A stretch of 63,815 nt of DNA, filler included, from Octopus bimaculoides (Eukaryota), in NCBI RefSeq assembly GCF_001194135.2. It is 4 parts of 2 records of this genome, joined end to end, with 100 filler letters (N's around TTAATTAATTAA, not from the genome) between each part and the next. Parts side by side here need not be neighbours in the genome. Positions count along the whole stretch, not along the records: positions 1 to 30,181 come from NC_068998.1; 3 more parts are not named here. The stretch is one strand, 5' to 3'. The translations under genes were made by a program, and so were the position numbers. This document shows, piece by piece, positions 12,880 through 25,570 of the stretch (position 1 is its first letter; each line of letters starts with the position of its first letter). The notes under the pieces were generated by a model. That model searched no databases and was not told the DNA's origin. It saw only the letters and a program-made list of their open reading frames with translations.

Positions 12880-13180
12880 TATTATTTTACTCTTTTACTT
12901 GTTTCAGTCATTTGGTTAACTGCGGCATTGGTAGAGCACCACCTTGAACAAGTCGACCCCCAGGATTTATTTTTTAAACCAAATACTTATTCCATCGGTC
13001 ACTTTTGCCGAACCGCTACGTTACGGTGACGTAAACACACTAACAGTGGTTGACAAGCAGTGATAGTGGGGAAAACACAAGCACACAAACACATACATAC
13101 ATACTTATATATATANNNNNNNNNNNNNNNNNNNNNNNNNNNNNNNNNNNNNNNNNNNNNNNNNNNNNNNNNNNNNNNNN

Positions 13181-13213
<33 letters not shown>

Positions 13214-13540
13214 AAAAAAAACAATAACAAAAAAACAAAAAAACAACAAAGTGAGGACGTGATATGGATAGTATTATTGGACGCTCAGGAAAGGAAAGAG
13301 AGAGTGTATGACGTTTCGGGCGTAGCCCTTCGTCGGAAAGATGGAAAGTTCGGAGAATATATATATGTGTGTATATACGACGGGCTTTCCCATTTCCGTC
13401 TAGCAAATGCACTCACAAGTCTTTCGTCAGCCTGAGGCTATAGTAGAAGATACTTGCCCAAGGTGCCACGCAGTGAGACTGAACCCGGAACCATGTGGTT
13501 GGGAAGCAAGCTTCTTACCGCACATCCATGCCTGCACCTA
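12880..13540 (-). mobile_element. SINE A, full length, interrupted by a gap and a nested insert
   Basis: Tail at 12880-13075 and head at 13375-13540, both homologous to 30608-30985. Confidence 0.85.
13210..13357 (-). mobile_element. Short Penelope-type insert nested inside a SINE
   Basis: Highly similar to 46331-46479; flanked by (TA)n inside the internal microsatellite of SINE A copy 12880-13540. Confidence 0.65.
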
Positions 13541-13574
13541 AATGTTCATGATGAATCTGCTTTCAAATAGCATC

Positions 13575-13616
<42 letters not shown>

Positions 13617-13629
13617 ACACACACTCACT

Positions 13630-13660
<31 letters not shown>

Positions 13661-13908
13661 CATGCCCTAGGTTCCTTTTGATAGCCATAGGACTATTTGA
13701 CGTGGACATAAGCTCGTGCGGTGTACTTCAAAACTATTTCTAATCTTTAATCAGCAAGTGGATGACTGAATGAACGAATGAGTTGTACTTCTCATGGTAC
13801 GAATTTAAAGTTAGGAGAAATCTGTGTATTTCGAAGCGGATTCTATTCAAAGCTTAAGGACCTTTATACAACAATAAAACGTACTTTAGCGATTATAAAG
13901 ATTTAGAA

Positions 13909-14252
13909 CAGTGGTTCCCAAAGTGGGCACTATTGTCCCCCTGGGGGCCATGGAAAGTTCCAGGTGGGGTTGGAGAAAAGAAGGGTAATAATGGGATAGC
14001 GATTCATGCAAAACGCGGGGCAATAATGCAGTAAGCGATTCATGTAAAACAATAGGGCGATAATGGCGTGGCGATTCATGTAAAAACAACAAAAAATGGG
14101 TTCATTAGGTTACGTTTTATTTGCGAAATGCAGTTGGCTTGAATTTGCTTCAGAAAGAGGTCTATTTTTGCGATGGTTAGTTGAGGTGGGGCGCTAGGAA
14201 TGTGGCCTGGATGTCAAAGGGGCGGTAGTCCGAAAATGTTTGGGAACAACTG
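13909..14252. mobile_element. Non-autonomous hAT (Charlie-like) element, 344 bp
   Basis: TIRs CAGTGGTTCCCAAA / TTTGGGAACAACTG, with a perfect 8-bp TSD ATTTAGAA at 13901-13908 and 14253-14260. Confidence 0.92.
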
Positions 14253-14965
14253 ATTTAGAACGAAGCTGACTGTGCAACTGTAGTCAGTTGTGGACAGTTA
14301 TAAAAAATTAACAGATATATGCCATCATGCCATCATTGGTTTTTAAGCTGCGGTGATGAAACTGAAACGCGACAGTAATTGAAAGTTTGGTGGAGTATAA
14401 GTTAAGGTGTGCCGCGCGTCACATTGGTGACTTCATCGTTAGTAGTTGAATTCAATCGTGGTAATAATTTGCTGCTGTGTAGACTGTGTATACACTTAAT
14501 CGCTGTGGCAAGGCGATTGTGTTCAGTGATGAGTTATATTTCTCTCAAATTTTTGTATAAATCTACATGTATAAACCTACTAAAAGTTAGAGCTCCGTGG
14601 AATATCCAGTAAGTTTTAAACGACTCCGCTCTCACTACAGCGAGATTGCGGCGGCGGGATGGAAATCTATCAATTGTGTTTTACTGCAACTTTTACCTTC
14701 ACCTGCACACACACACACACACACTACACACACACACACACACACATACACATACACACACGTACAAGTATTGTCAAAATAAATAAACGGAGAACAGGAA
14801 ACGAAAGCAATGAAGAAAGAGCCAACGCGAAGCTAGTGTGTATCGACCTTCATAGACAAACATTCCAGAACATTCGAATAATATATAATTAGTATAAGGT
14901 GAAGAACTTTATCTTGAATACATGAGTGGGATATAAATAATAAAAAAATAAAGAGAAGTTGAGAA

Positions 14966-15012
<47 letters not shown>

Positions 15013-15300
15013 CAAAATATGAGGGAGAGTGAGTCTCTGTCAAATGATATAGAATAAAAGGAGGGCGAATAAAAACAAGAAGGGGGAATAAAATGAAGAA
15101 TAAAAAGAGAACTATGGAAGCACGTAAGAAAGAAATAAAGAGAAGCGCCGAGAAAAAGTGTTTTTCTAACGAAATATATTAGCACTGCTCTCTTCTGTAA
15201 CCGCAGCGTTATTGATTTGTGCAGATTGTGTAGTTGAGGGAAGTAGGAAGATTCTGTTGTCTGAGATTAAATGGCAGGTGATAGAGAGAAGTATGGTGGC

Positions 15301-15332
<32 letters not shown>

Positions 15333-15582
15333 AGGTACGAGGCGGATGGATAGAGAGGGGGAAATCAGTAAGAAAGAAGAAACGTGGTAAAAAGCAGAGT
15401 TGAATCCTCGACACATACGTACACACATGCATAAATACATACACGCATACATACATACATAGACGCAACAGGTTCGCACACTCACAAACACGATACTTGC
15501 ATGCAACCAGATAAGACTGTGAATAGCAGGACTTTCTTCCGTAAAACACCATCATTCATGATGAATCTGCTTTCAAATAAGA

Positions 15583-15635
<53 letters not shown>

Positions 15636-15934
15636 GACACACGCACACACACACATACATATATACACACATACACACGCACACTCAGACACACAGACAC
15701 GCACAGGCAAACACACATATAGACACGTGCACACACACACATACATACATACATACACACATACACACGCACATTCACACACACAAATACGCACAGACAA
15801 ACACACATATAGACACGCGCACACACACATACATACACACACACATACAAACACAAACACACACACACACACACAAACACAACACACACATACGCAGAAC
15901 TTTGGTATTTCTTCCTCGTTGACAATTTCTGCAG

Positions 15935-16110
15935 AGCAATGTTGTTTAATGTCTTTGACATCAAGAAAGCTTTCGACCATATCTGGTATATGAACGTCCA
16001 AGTGAAATATATCACCCATAGGTCCCACCAATCTCTTTATATCTTAGATTAAACATTTCCTGTCAAACAGTTCCGACATTATTCTCTCCGGTCCACATTC
16101 CATTAACTTG
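15935..16110 (+). mobile_element. Non-LTR retrotransposon RT fragment (CR1/L2/Jockey-type)
   Basis: Frame reads VFDIKKAFDHIWY, matching the RT motif D-x-x-KAFD-x-V/IW; it decays soon after. Confidence 0.6.
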
Positions 16111-16569
16111 TTGTGAATGAATATCTTCTGACAGACCTAGAGGGAAATAGAAAAATAGATATTCACATTCTGTATTTTCTATAGAATAAAATATGTGCAA
16201 CCGTAAATACGATCTCAACAGCAAAGTTATAAGAGCTACGGACGTAATTTTACTGCATCCATCCATCTTTTGATGTAGACTTTGCCGATGTAAAGCATAT
16301 GGAATAGATTTACAGGACTGAAATGATATGTCATGATATTTTTGGTGCTAATGAGGGGGAGTGGGTCTTTTTAGAGAGCTAACACGTAGGAGAAAAATAC
16401 CTATCAGAGCATATCTTGGCGAGCTCGTGTCCTACTCGACCCATGCAAGGTAGATACCCTGCTAACTCCTCCGTTATTAATTCTACCCCCACCCGTAAAG
16501 GGGTGTTGGTTTAGTTGGACTAAACCAATCCACACCCGCCACTTTCATATATACCCATAGCATCAGAAG

Positions 16570-16745
16570 CTTAATAAGTATGGCTAAGTAGTAACAAAAA
16601 AAAAACACTTCATAAACACGTTATTTTGGAGTTCAGACCAACAGCACAGCACCTTGGGCAAGTGTTTTCTGCTATAGCCTCTATCCCCGAGCCCACCAAT
16701 ACCTTGTGAAGGAATATGGTAGACGGAAACTGCGTGATTGCCTAT
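16570..16745 (+). mobile_element. SINE A, 5' half, diverged
   Basis: GCACCTTGGGCAAGTGTTTTCTGCTATAGCC...GGTAGACGGAAACTG. Confidence 0.75.
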
Positions 16746-17028
16746 CACGTGTGCATGTGTGTGTGTCTGTGTGCGTGTGTGTGTGTGTGTGTGTGTATAC
16801 ATATATATATTTCGTGTCTCCTCTTGTTCTGTTTAATCCGTTCTGTCAGAGACACGTGGAATGGGGAGTTGTTGAGGTTACAGTGACGAACTATTTCAGA
16901 CAAAGGACATTAAAATAAGACTAAGAATAATAAAGCTTAAATGAAGACCAAGTATATAGTGCTTGTGGTTAAGCATAACAATCTCTGTTTCAACACAAGA
17001 TTTGCCATCAAGAATCTTACAAAACAAA

Positions 17029-17067
<39 letters not shown>

Positions 17068-19825
17068 TGACATAGTAATAAACGATTACCTTATGAACTT
17101 CATTAGCTTCCAGCAGTTTCTGCAATAAGATACAGTGGTTTCCTCATGGGCAATGCTTTTTCCTATATATATGCATAAATGCAATTCTTTTCCCATTCTT
17201 TTCACTTCATATTCGACGCTCCGATGAAGCTATAAGATGTTAGTTAGGCACTGAATAATACAACCAAGATTGCATCCTAAATAGTATGCTTTTTCTACAG
17301 TTTCAGAAAACATAAAATAGCTGAACGTTTACTTCTATACAAGGCACAATTTTCTAAATTTTCGCGTTCTTCGTCCTATATTAGAACATGGTTGCGCTCA
17401 TAATTGGAATGTAGCAACTGTACGTGCACAAACAGATTTTATCAAAAAGACAAACCATTCAAGTGTTTCAGTTTTTAATTCTCTCTTTTGAACAAAACAA
17501 TTTTTACATATTTTTATCGCAAGAACTGCCAACCTCTGTAACTCCTTCCCTTCCTGTGTTTTCTCATGGGTTTAAATGTGTAAATGTTCAATGTGAACTT
17601 AATGGCCATAATAAACCTTTCCTATCTGGGAGAATCTGAAGTCTTCCTCGGTCAGTGATTCGTAAACGTTTTTGCTCCACCGGTGTCTTCGATCTATATT
17701 TCATATATATCGCAGATAGCATTGCTCAGAAGATTGGACCACATTACATTAAAGGAGATAATAATATAAAGAAGCTAAAAATTTGTAATAATAAATCCAA
17801 CCCTCCTGTTAGGAATCTTTTCCTTCATAGCCTTACCCAACAACTATGAAGAAGGCAGTAACCCGCATTTTGAAATCACTATTGTAGACAATAAAGCACT
17901 AGAAAATAGTAGCTTCCCTTCACTTACTAATTCTTCCTTAAATATTATTCTATAAATAATACATCACTGTCATATTATATCTTCTCAATCGCTTTGTTAT
18001 ATCATTACTATAACGGCCTCTTCATTATCATGAAAGACACATATTCCCCGAACTCAAAATCGCAGCTTGAATTTGACGGTAACAGAATAAAATATGTTGA
18101 AATCATCGTTGATAAGAATATTAAATGAAGAAAAAAAATCATATCGATCTAACCTGCATGTTACTACTCAGTTTGGCTATCCTATCTAGCAAAAAAAGTT
18201 ATTTACGTAGACATCTGCTAGTCAACATATAACAGATTCTTATTTAGTTGTCATCCAAACTTTAATCAATTTTGTAGAGTTATTATTCATTCTTTTAAAG
18301 TCAAAAATCTATCATGAAGAATTCTGACAGTAGTTCTAAATAAAAAATAAATTTCTTGGCATACTGATTCTCTATAAAATAATAATTTAGTTTTAAAGTT
18401 TTCAGACAGATNNNNNNNNNNNNNNNNNNNNNNNNNNNNNNNNNNNNNNNNNNNNNNNNNNNNNNNNNNNNNNNNNNNNNNNNNNNNNNNNNNNNNNNNN
18501 NNNNATATATACACACACTGCACAAATCAAATTTTGTCATAACTTTCGTTATGTTGCTCTGCTTCAATTTCTATTGGTTTTAGCAGTGTCAGACAACTCT
18601 GATAGAACCAATTATGTAAGTATTCGTCATGTCAAAAACGTTCAAATGTTCACAAGACTTCTAATAAACAAATCTCAAACATATATCTCTTCAAAGCAGA
18701 AACTATCAATAATAATATAAGCATTCCCCAAGCGACAGAAATTCTTGTTAAGGAATTATGAAGTTACAGAAATTCTGAAGTATAACAACTAACTTAGGAA
18801 TACAGCCTATGACTCCCTTATGGAAAGATGAATAAATTATTAATAAATTATGAAAAACTAAAATTTCGAAACTTGTTCTTTTCAAGCCTGACCCCTGCCT
18901 AGATGTTCTGTCTTCTCCACCTTGATGTTTTATGCAGAAGAAAAACTCAACCATATTGCAAAAACTTTATAACTGGTAACAATGAGAATACTATCTGACA
19001 ATAACGATAAAATAAGGTCTGGCAGTTATTCTGTTAACTTCTCGGGTATTGTTTACTCATAAATCTAAAGTGATGGTTAAAATAGAATGTCTCCTGATTC
19101 TTTGAATAGATAGTTAGACCAAAAGGGAATTTTCAGACAACACAATAGTTAATCAAGCAAAAGCCAAACATTTTTATTACGATTTGCAGAATGTGGACTG
19201 CGCAAATTTCGGTGCAAAGTCCTTTCTTACTAGTTGAGGCTGATTTGAAAGGTTCAAGAGGTATCTTAGTTTGTATATCATTAAAAAGCCCTAGTGTTGA
19301 TTCAAAAGCTACTATTAATTAACCTTGTCATAAATAATTATTCTGGACAGTTGAAGAAAACTATTACTGAAGGCGGTCATACATCAGAGCAAGCACACAA
19401 CGTTTATTAAACTTGGCTTTTCTAGGGGTGCATGTCTAGCAAGGACTTTTATTACTAGTGAGAAAAATCAGCCCCAGCTATTGTATCACTCCAAAAATCC
19501 AAATAGTTTCAAAGATTATGTTAAGTTTATTCTATTAATGAATTTTCGTTCAAAAATAGGCTTGGCTGACAACGAGCCTTTTTCGAATTTGGTTTACAAA
19601 AAGTTTTGCCCTGATGAAAGCAAGGTACAGAATCAAGTCAGTGGTATTAGGCATAACAAAGTATCTGGGACTTTATACATTTTCTAGTAGAAAATCCATA
19701 CCAAGTTCAGCTAGGTGTGAGACTAGACACGAGTAGACATTTCTTCCAGCTCTTTAAGTTCAGAGTTCAAATTCCTCCGAAGCTAACGTTACTTTTCATC
19801 CATTTTGTTACAACAATTAGGCAGC

Positions 19826-20395
19826 AGAGTGCCTCCTGTGATATGGTGCAGAACTTCCTTGGGAACAAGAAAGGTGAAGACTATCAGGAGATTGTGAAGG
19901 AGCTGCTCTTGAGTTTGCAAGCACTTGTATGTAGAATGAGTATTAAATTGCACTACTTACATAGTCACGTGGGTGAGTTTCCAGAGAACTCCAGAGTTTT
20001 CCCGGTTGATTTCAGCAATGAACAAGGTGAACGCTTTTATCAAGATGTAAAAGTAATGACAGAACGCTACCAAAGCCGATGGAACTGAAACATGTTGGCA
20101 GATTAGCACTGGAGCTTGATGAGAGACATTCCAGAAGATGTGCACAAGAGATCGTCAAAACAAAGCAAGTTCTTGCAGTAATGATGATCAAAATGAATAA
20201 CCACAAATTTTTATCTACATATGTTTAATCCTTCCTTTGTGAGCATTAAATAGCCGTTTCTAGCAAAACTAAAATATTTTACATCTAAAAAATCTGAGGT
20301 GATAGACAAAATCTGATGCCAGATTTGGATTCAGCACCCCCAAATTACCTAAAAACCATTGATTATCCATGTGCCAGATAACATATTGATCAGTG
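19826..20395 (+). mobile_element. DNA transposon 3' end, Chapaev3/CMC-like transposase C-terminus
   Basis: NFLGNKK...MSIKLHYLHSH...SNEQGERFYQDV..MTERYQSRW..MLAD; the element ends ...GATCAGTG followed by TTA. The family assignment is from memory of this motif. Confidence 0.65.
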
Positions 20396-20559
20396 TTATT
20401 ATTTTAGGGTCACCAACCCTCTCGTTCAGCAACCACTAAAAATATTATCACTTTGCTATAATACAACCATCATCAGTCCATTATCATTAGTGTTATGATT
20501 TTATTAATGCTGCAGATATCAAGCCGACACTTCAAATGATATTAATATCAGTTCAAATC

Positions 20560-20710
20560 TAATAACACATTAACCGTCCAATACACAGTTCACTTCTAAT
20601 TATACATTATCAGTTCACTTCTAATAACACATTATCAGTTCACTTTTAATAGCATATTATCAGTCTTAAGCACATTATCAATACTCTTCTAATAGCACAT
20701 TAACAGTTTA
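20560..20710 (+). repeat. Degenerate ~26-bp minisatellite
   Basis: Repeated CACATTATCAGTTCACTTCTAATA-like units. Confidence 0.7.
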
Positions 20711-20759
20711 ATACAAATCTTCAGTCCACTAACAGCCTAATAATGTGTTATTAGAATAT

Positions 20760-21245
20760 TGATTATATGATATGGGAATATTGATTTCAAATTTTGGCAC
20801 AAGGTGAGCATTTTGCCCGTCGTGCTAACGATTCTGCCAGCTCTCCGCCTTGCCACAACTATTGATTTTGGCACAAGACCAGCAATTTAGGGAAGGGGAT
20901 AAGTCGATTATATCGGCTCCAGCGTTCAGGTGATTCTTATTTTATCGACCCCGAAAGGAGGAAGGGCAAAATCAACCTCGGCGGAATTTGAACTCAAAAC
21001 ATAAAGACGGACGAAATGCCGTCAAGCATTTTGCCCAGCGTGCTAACGATTTTGCCAGCAGGCCGCTTTATTTACTACTATTAATATTGGTTTCAAATTT
21101 TGGCACAAGGCAGGCAATTTCAGGGAAGGAGTTAAGTCGATTACATCGACCCCTATGACAAAGTGCTACTTATGTTATCAACACCGAAAAGATGAAAGGA
21201 AATGTCGTCCTCGACGGAATTTGAACTCAGAACGTAAAGTCGGAC
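20760..21245 (-). mobile_element. Three head-to-tail SINE B copies
   Basis: 20760-20850 (internally deleted), 20860-21070 and 21085-21245. Confidence 0.85.
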
Positions 21246-23813
21246 GCTATTATTAACCGTATTAACCGTTTACAACTACTATTACAACTATTAACAGTAT
21301 GCTTCCCCTATTTCTCTTATTGTTTGTCTAATGCCACTATTACCTCTATTATCATTCTACTGCTAATATAACCATTATTTTCAGTCCTGTACTACTGTTA
21401 CCCCGACTATCAGTCCACTGTCAACAGGCCGTTCTCTAGCTCATTAGTTCTCGATAACTAATAATATCATACACGCAATTGTCAGTTTGATTGTGTTCAT
21501 TATTACATCCTTGAATATACGACAATTGTGTCCCTCTGAGAAAGGCTAACCCCACAGCGGCATGTAAGGCTCCTCTAACTTTTCTTATTTAGCTTCTTGT
21601 TCGACGATGTCTAAGTGTTGATCTTATCCGATAGCAATTTGCCACGAGATATTGACATGTCTATTCTATTCTAGTCCTTCTTTCTTCTCTTTCTTTTTAT
21701 ACTCTACACTCAATCGATAAAACATTATCAAAGACGCCACACCGGTACGGTTTAATTTTTGTAACGAAATCTAAGGACTGAAGCATAATATCGTGATTGT
21801 AAAATGAAATGTTATTGGAGAAAATATCAAAGCAGCAATTGGGAAATATTGTATCGTGGAAATAAAAGAGGAAGAGTAGGAGAGAAAGAGAAGGGCGTAA
21901 GAGTGGAGGGAGAAGGAGAAGGCGAGAGAGAGAGGAGAGTAGAAGGGGAGGAGAACGGTGACGGGAAGGAGGAGAACAAGAATGGAACAAGGCTGGAAGA
22001 GCCTGAGAAGGAAGAAAGAATAGGAACAGTATAAAAAAAAATTATAGAACGAAGAAAGAGATTGTCTTCGGTTTCCGTGGTTTTTTAGAATGAAAAATAT
22101 ATTGATTTATTTGTTTTCATTTGCAAAGACATGAAAAGCATTTGTCTTCTTCGACTTGATTTGAACATAACCAACTAAACTGTACAAGACAGAATTATTT
22201 ATCATCACCACCACCATAACCACCGCTACCAACACCAACACCATCATCATGAGCATGTTAATGATCATGATTGTTTCTTCTTCTTCTTCTTCTTCTTCTT
22301 CTTCTTCTTCTTCTTCTTCTTCTTCTTCTTCTTCTTCTTCNNNNNNNNNNNNNNNNNNNNNNNNNNNNNNNNNNNNNNNNNNNNNNNNNNNNNNNNNNNN
22401 NNNNNNNNNNNNNNNNNNNNNNNNNNNNNNNNNNNNNNNNNNNNNNNNNNNNNNNNNNNNNNNNNNNNNNNNNNNNNNNNNNNNNNNNNNNNNNNNNNNN
22501 NNNNNNNNNNNNNNNNNNNNNNNNNNNNNNNNNNNNNNNNNNNNNNNNNNNNNNNNNNNNNNNNNNNNNNNNNNNNNNNNNNNNNNNNNNNNNNNNNNNN
22601 NNNNNNNNNNNNNNNNNNNNNNNNNNNNNNNNNNNNNNNNNNNNNNNNNNNNNNNNNNNNNNNNNNNNNNNNNNNNNNNNNNNNNNNNNNNNNNNNNNNN
22701 NNNNNNNNNNNNNNNNNNNNNNNNNNNNNNNNNNNNNNNNNNNNNNNNNNNNNNNNNNNNNNNNNNNNNNNNNNNNNNNNNNATATATATATATATAAAT
22801 GGCGGTGCACCAGCATGGCCACACCTCATGAGCTGAAACAAGATAAAATGAAAAAATATCACTAGATATTAAGTAGAGACGCTCAATATAGAACCCATGT
22901 AGCAATGCTCAAATTATTTAAACTTGCAATCCAAAGTCTTGACCGTATGTTCTTGACCGTATGAAGAATACGTATGTTCTATAATGGACATCTCTGGATC
23001 TCACCTGTTGACTTTACACCCTCAGTTCGGCCGTGCACTAACGATAGCTAATATGAGCTGCCATATTATTTATCTGTTCAGGAAAAAATTGATCGTTCAA
23101 AGATTTCAGCATAACTGTCATCTGTAACTAAATTCGACTTCTTAGGTATAATCTTAAGCCTTAAGATAGGCAAACACTACTCATATAGTAAGCGCCAAAA
23201 GGAAAAACAACATACGTATATAGATAGTCTAACCATCCCATAGCTATAACTTGATATTTATAATCAGATAGATGTATATTCAAAAGTACCGCAATCTATT
23301 ACAAAGTGATACCACTTCCACGCCAAACTCCGACGTGAGTTAGAAAGATAAATATGATACGAAGTTTGCAAATATAGCAAGAAAATTCTTGTTGCTAATA
23401 AGATAGCACTTACCAAAGACGTGAACATCACGAACTGCTTTATAACGTTACATCTTGGTATGTCTGTAGATAACATCACTTCTAACATAGCAAGCGACTA
23501 GAGAAAAGCACGCACATACACAGAACTCCAACCTATAACTTTTATCAAATGTCAGTCAGACGGATGTTGCTCCTCAAACACTGACGTCTACAGAGCCCCT
23601 TCATAGTATCAGATTGTGTCACGAGAAATTATATGAGCCTAAGTGTATATTTGATATGGATGCATTTGTCTTTTTTCACTTCATCCTTATGATCCCTTGC
23701 ACCTGGCAAAGTAGGTTTATAGATTTACATCCGTAAAACTTGAAGAAACGCGAGCCTGTGTCATCTCTTCGAATCTTCTCCATCCAATTTGGAACATTTG
23801 TTCTTGCCAGCAA

Positions 23814-23870
<57 letters not shown>

Positions 23871-23987
23871 GTCTGTCTATAGATCGATCGATCTGTCTAT
23901 CTGTCTGTCTGTCTGTCTAGTTGTCTGTCTATATAGGCACATACACACACACATACATAGATTCATACATACACACACATATACACA

Positions 23988-24192
23988 CAGGGTTGGCCAA
24001 ACGTCACCCGACAGTAAATCAAAATTCCATAAATATTTAATATTCAATTTTATTTATTTATTCCAATTAGAAGGTTTAATAATTGAATGCTGTAAGTTAA
24101 AATTACCGTTATTTTTTTTTCAATAATTTTTTGTTTTAATCTTGGCGTTATATGTTTTTGACTTACTCTCATGTGACTTTTGGTCAGCCCTG
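23988..24192. mobile_element. Tc1/mariner-type MITE (~205 bp)
   Basis: Imperfect TIRs CAGGGTTGGCCAAACGTCAC / GTGACTTTTGGTCAGCCCTG, with TA on the right side. Confidence 0.7.
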
Positions 24193-24454
24193 TATATATA
24201 CGTATATATGAACCTTAGGTTAGTTGAAATATGTTTGTGACATATCTTAACTTATAAAGGCAAATTCACTGCAATTTACCGCGGAGAAAATAAAAATTGT
24301 CACTTATGGTAACAGGTGTTAAGAAAATATCTAGACGTGTTTCTAGTCCTTAATCTTCATCAGTAGGAAATAACGAAGAGATTATAAAGATTACAAACTT
24401 GCAGCTTTAACTTAGAGCAAGCAATATTAATGACTGACTCATTAATTAATATTA

Positions 24455-24680
24455 GTGGTGGTGGTGAGCTGGTAGAATCGTTAGCACCGGACAAAATACT
24501 TCGCGGCATTTCCTCTTCTTTTAACGTTCTAAGTTCAAATTCCGCCGAGATCGACTTTGCCCTTCATCCTTTCTGGGTCGATAACTTAAGTAGAAGTTGG
24601 ACGTTGAGGTCGATACAATCAACTTACCCACCTCCCCCGAAATTGCAAGCTTTGTGCCAAAATTTGAAATCAATATCACC
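24455..24680 (+). mobile_element. SINE B
   Basis: Full-length homolog. Confidence 0.88.
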
Positions 24681-24835
24681 GACTAACTTACGGTCGTAGA
24701 CCGCTTGGACACGGAGCAGATAAGTTTTTTTTGCATATTTTACCAAAAGTATTTCACCACCACGTTAAACTGTAGAGAATTTGCTTTTAGAACATAAAAT
24801 ATTTCAGAACGCTGCTACTACTGTACAGAGATATA

Positions 24836-24872
<37 letters not shown>

Positions 24873-25419
24873 ACGATGTGCTTTTGTACAGATACAGGGG
24901 TAGAAGATGGCACCATACAGTCACGAAACAAACTTTTATACTAAACAGGGAAGCTTATTTCAATATGCTTAATAAAACAAATCAAGAGATTTTGTGTAAA
25001 TGCGTCCACGAGGATGAATACTTCTTGGAGAATCTTTTCATCAATGGACAGGATACTTCCTATTCAAATGACAATTGTAACAGTATTAGCATTAGCAGCA
25101 GGAGTAACAGTAACGACGGCAGCTACTTCTTTTTGTCACACCGTTACAACTGACAGCATGGCCATTGAACTAATCAATGTCAACATGGCCTAGTGGTATG
25201 CCAATCGTTTATCTATTAAGTAATCAAATTCAATAACATTTGAGTAACGGAATTTACTTGGAATAAGAAATTTGGGAAAGCAACAAAATCAACATTTAGC
25301 TTTGAACGAATGAATACGTAATTTCCAATATATTTATATTACGTGACCTTATTCTTTTTTCCATCACACAAGCCGATACAGTTTTTATATCTTAATTATT
25401 TGTAATTAAAATATATTTT

Positions 25420-25570
25420 GATTATTTGTAATTAGACTACGGCCATGCTGGAGCAGCAATTTGAAACTTTTAGTCAAACAAATCGAGCTCAGAACATTTT
25501 TCATTTTTTAAAATTCTAGTACTTACTCCATCGTATCTTTTGCTGAACCGCTTCGTTTGTCAAGCAGAGT
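25420..25570 (-). mobile_element. SINE A, 3' fragment
   Basis: GCGGCCATGCTGGAGCA...TTTTGCTGAACCGCT. Confidence 0.65.

Noticed and set aside
17221-17330. CCGATGA-AGCTAT...ATAGCT-GAACGT, HHR-like with a long stem II insertion
   Set aside because: GAAA is incomplete and no stem I forms; at best a dead remnant.
17831-17955. Acceptor followed by the frame LPNNYEEGSNPHFEITIVDNKALENSS
   Set aside because: There is no good donor and no recognisable homology.
20560-20710. Short regularly spaced repeats as a CRISPR-like array
   Set aside because: They are contiguous degenerate units without unique spacers in a eukaryotic context, i.e. a minisatellite.
23414-23463. Possible 50-nt minus-strand exon (CTACAG|...TTTG|GTAAGT)
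   Set aside because: The polypyrimidine tract is poor, the peptide is unrecognisable, and there are no partner exons.
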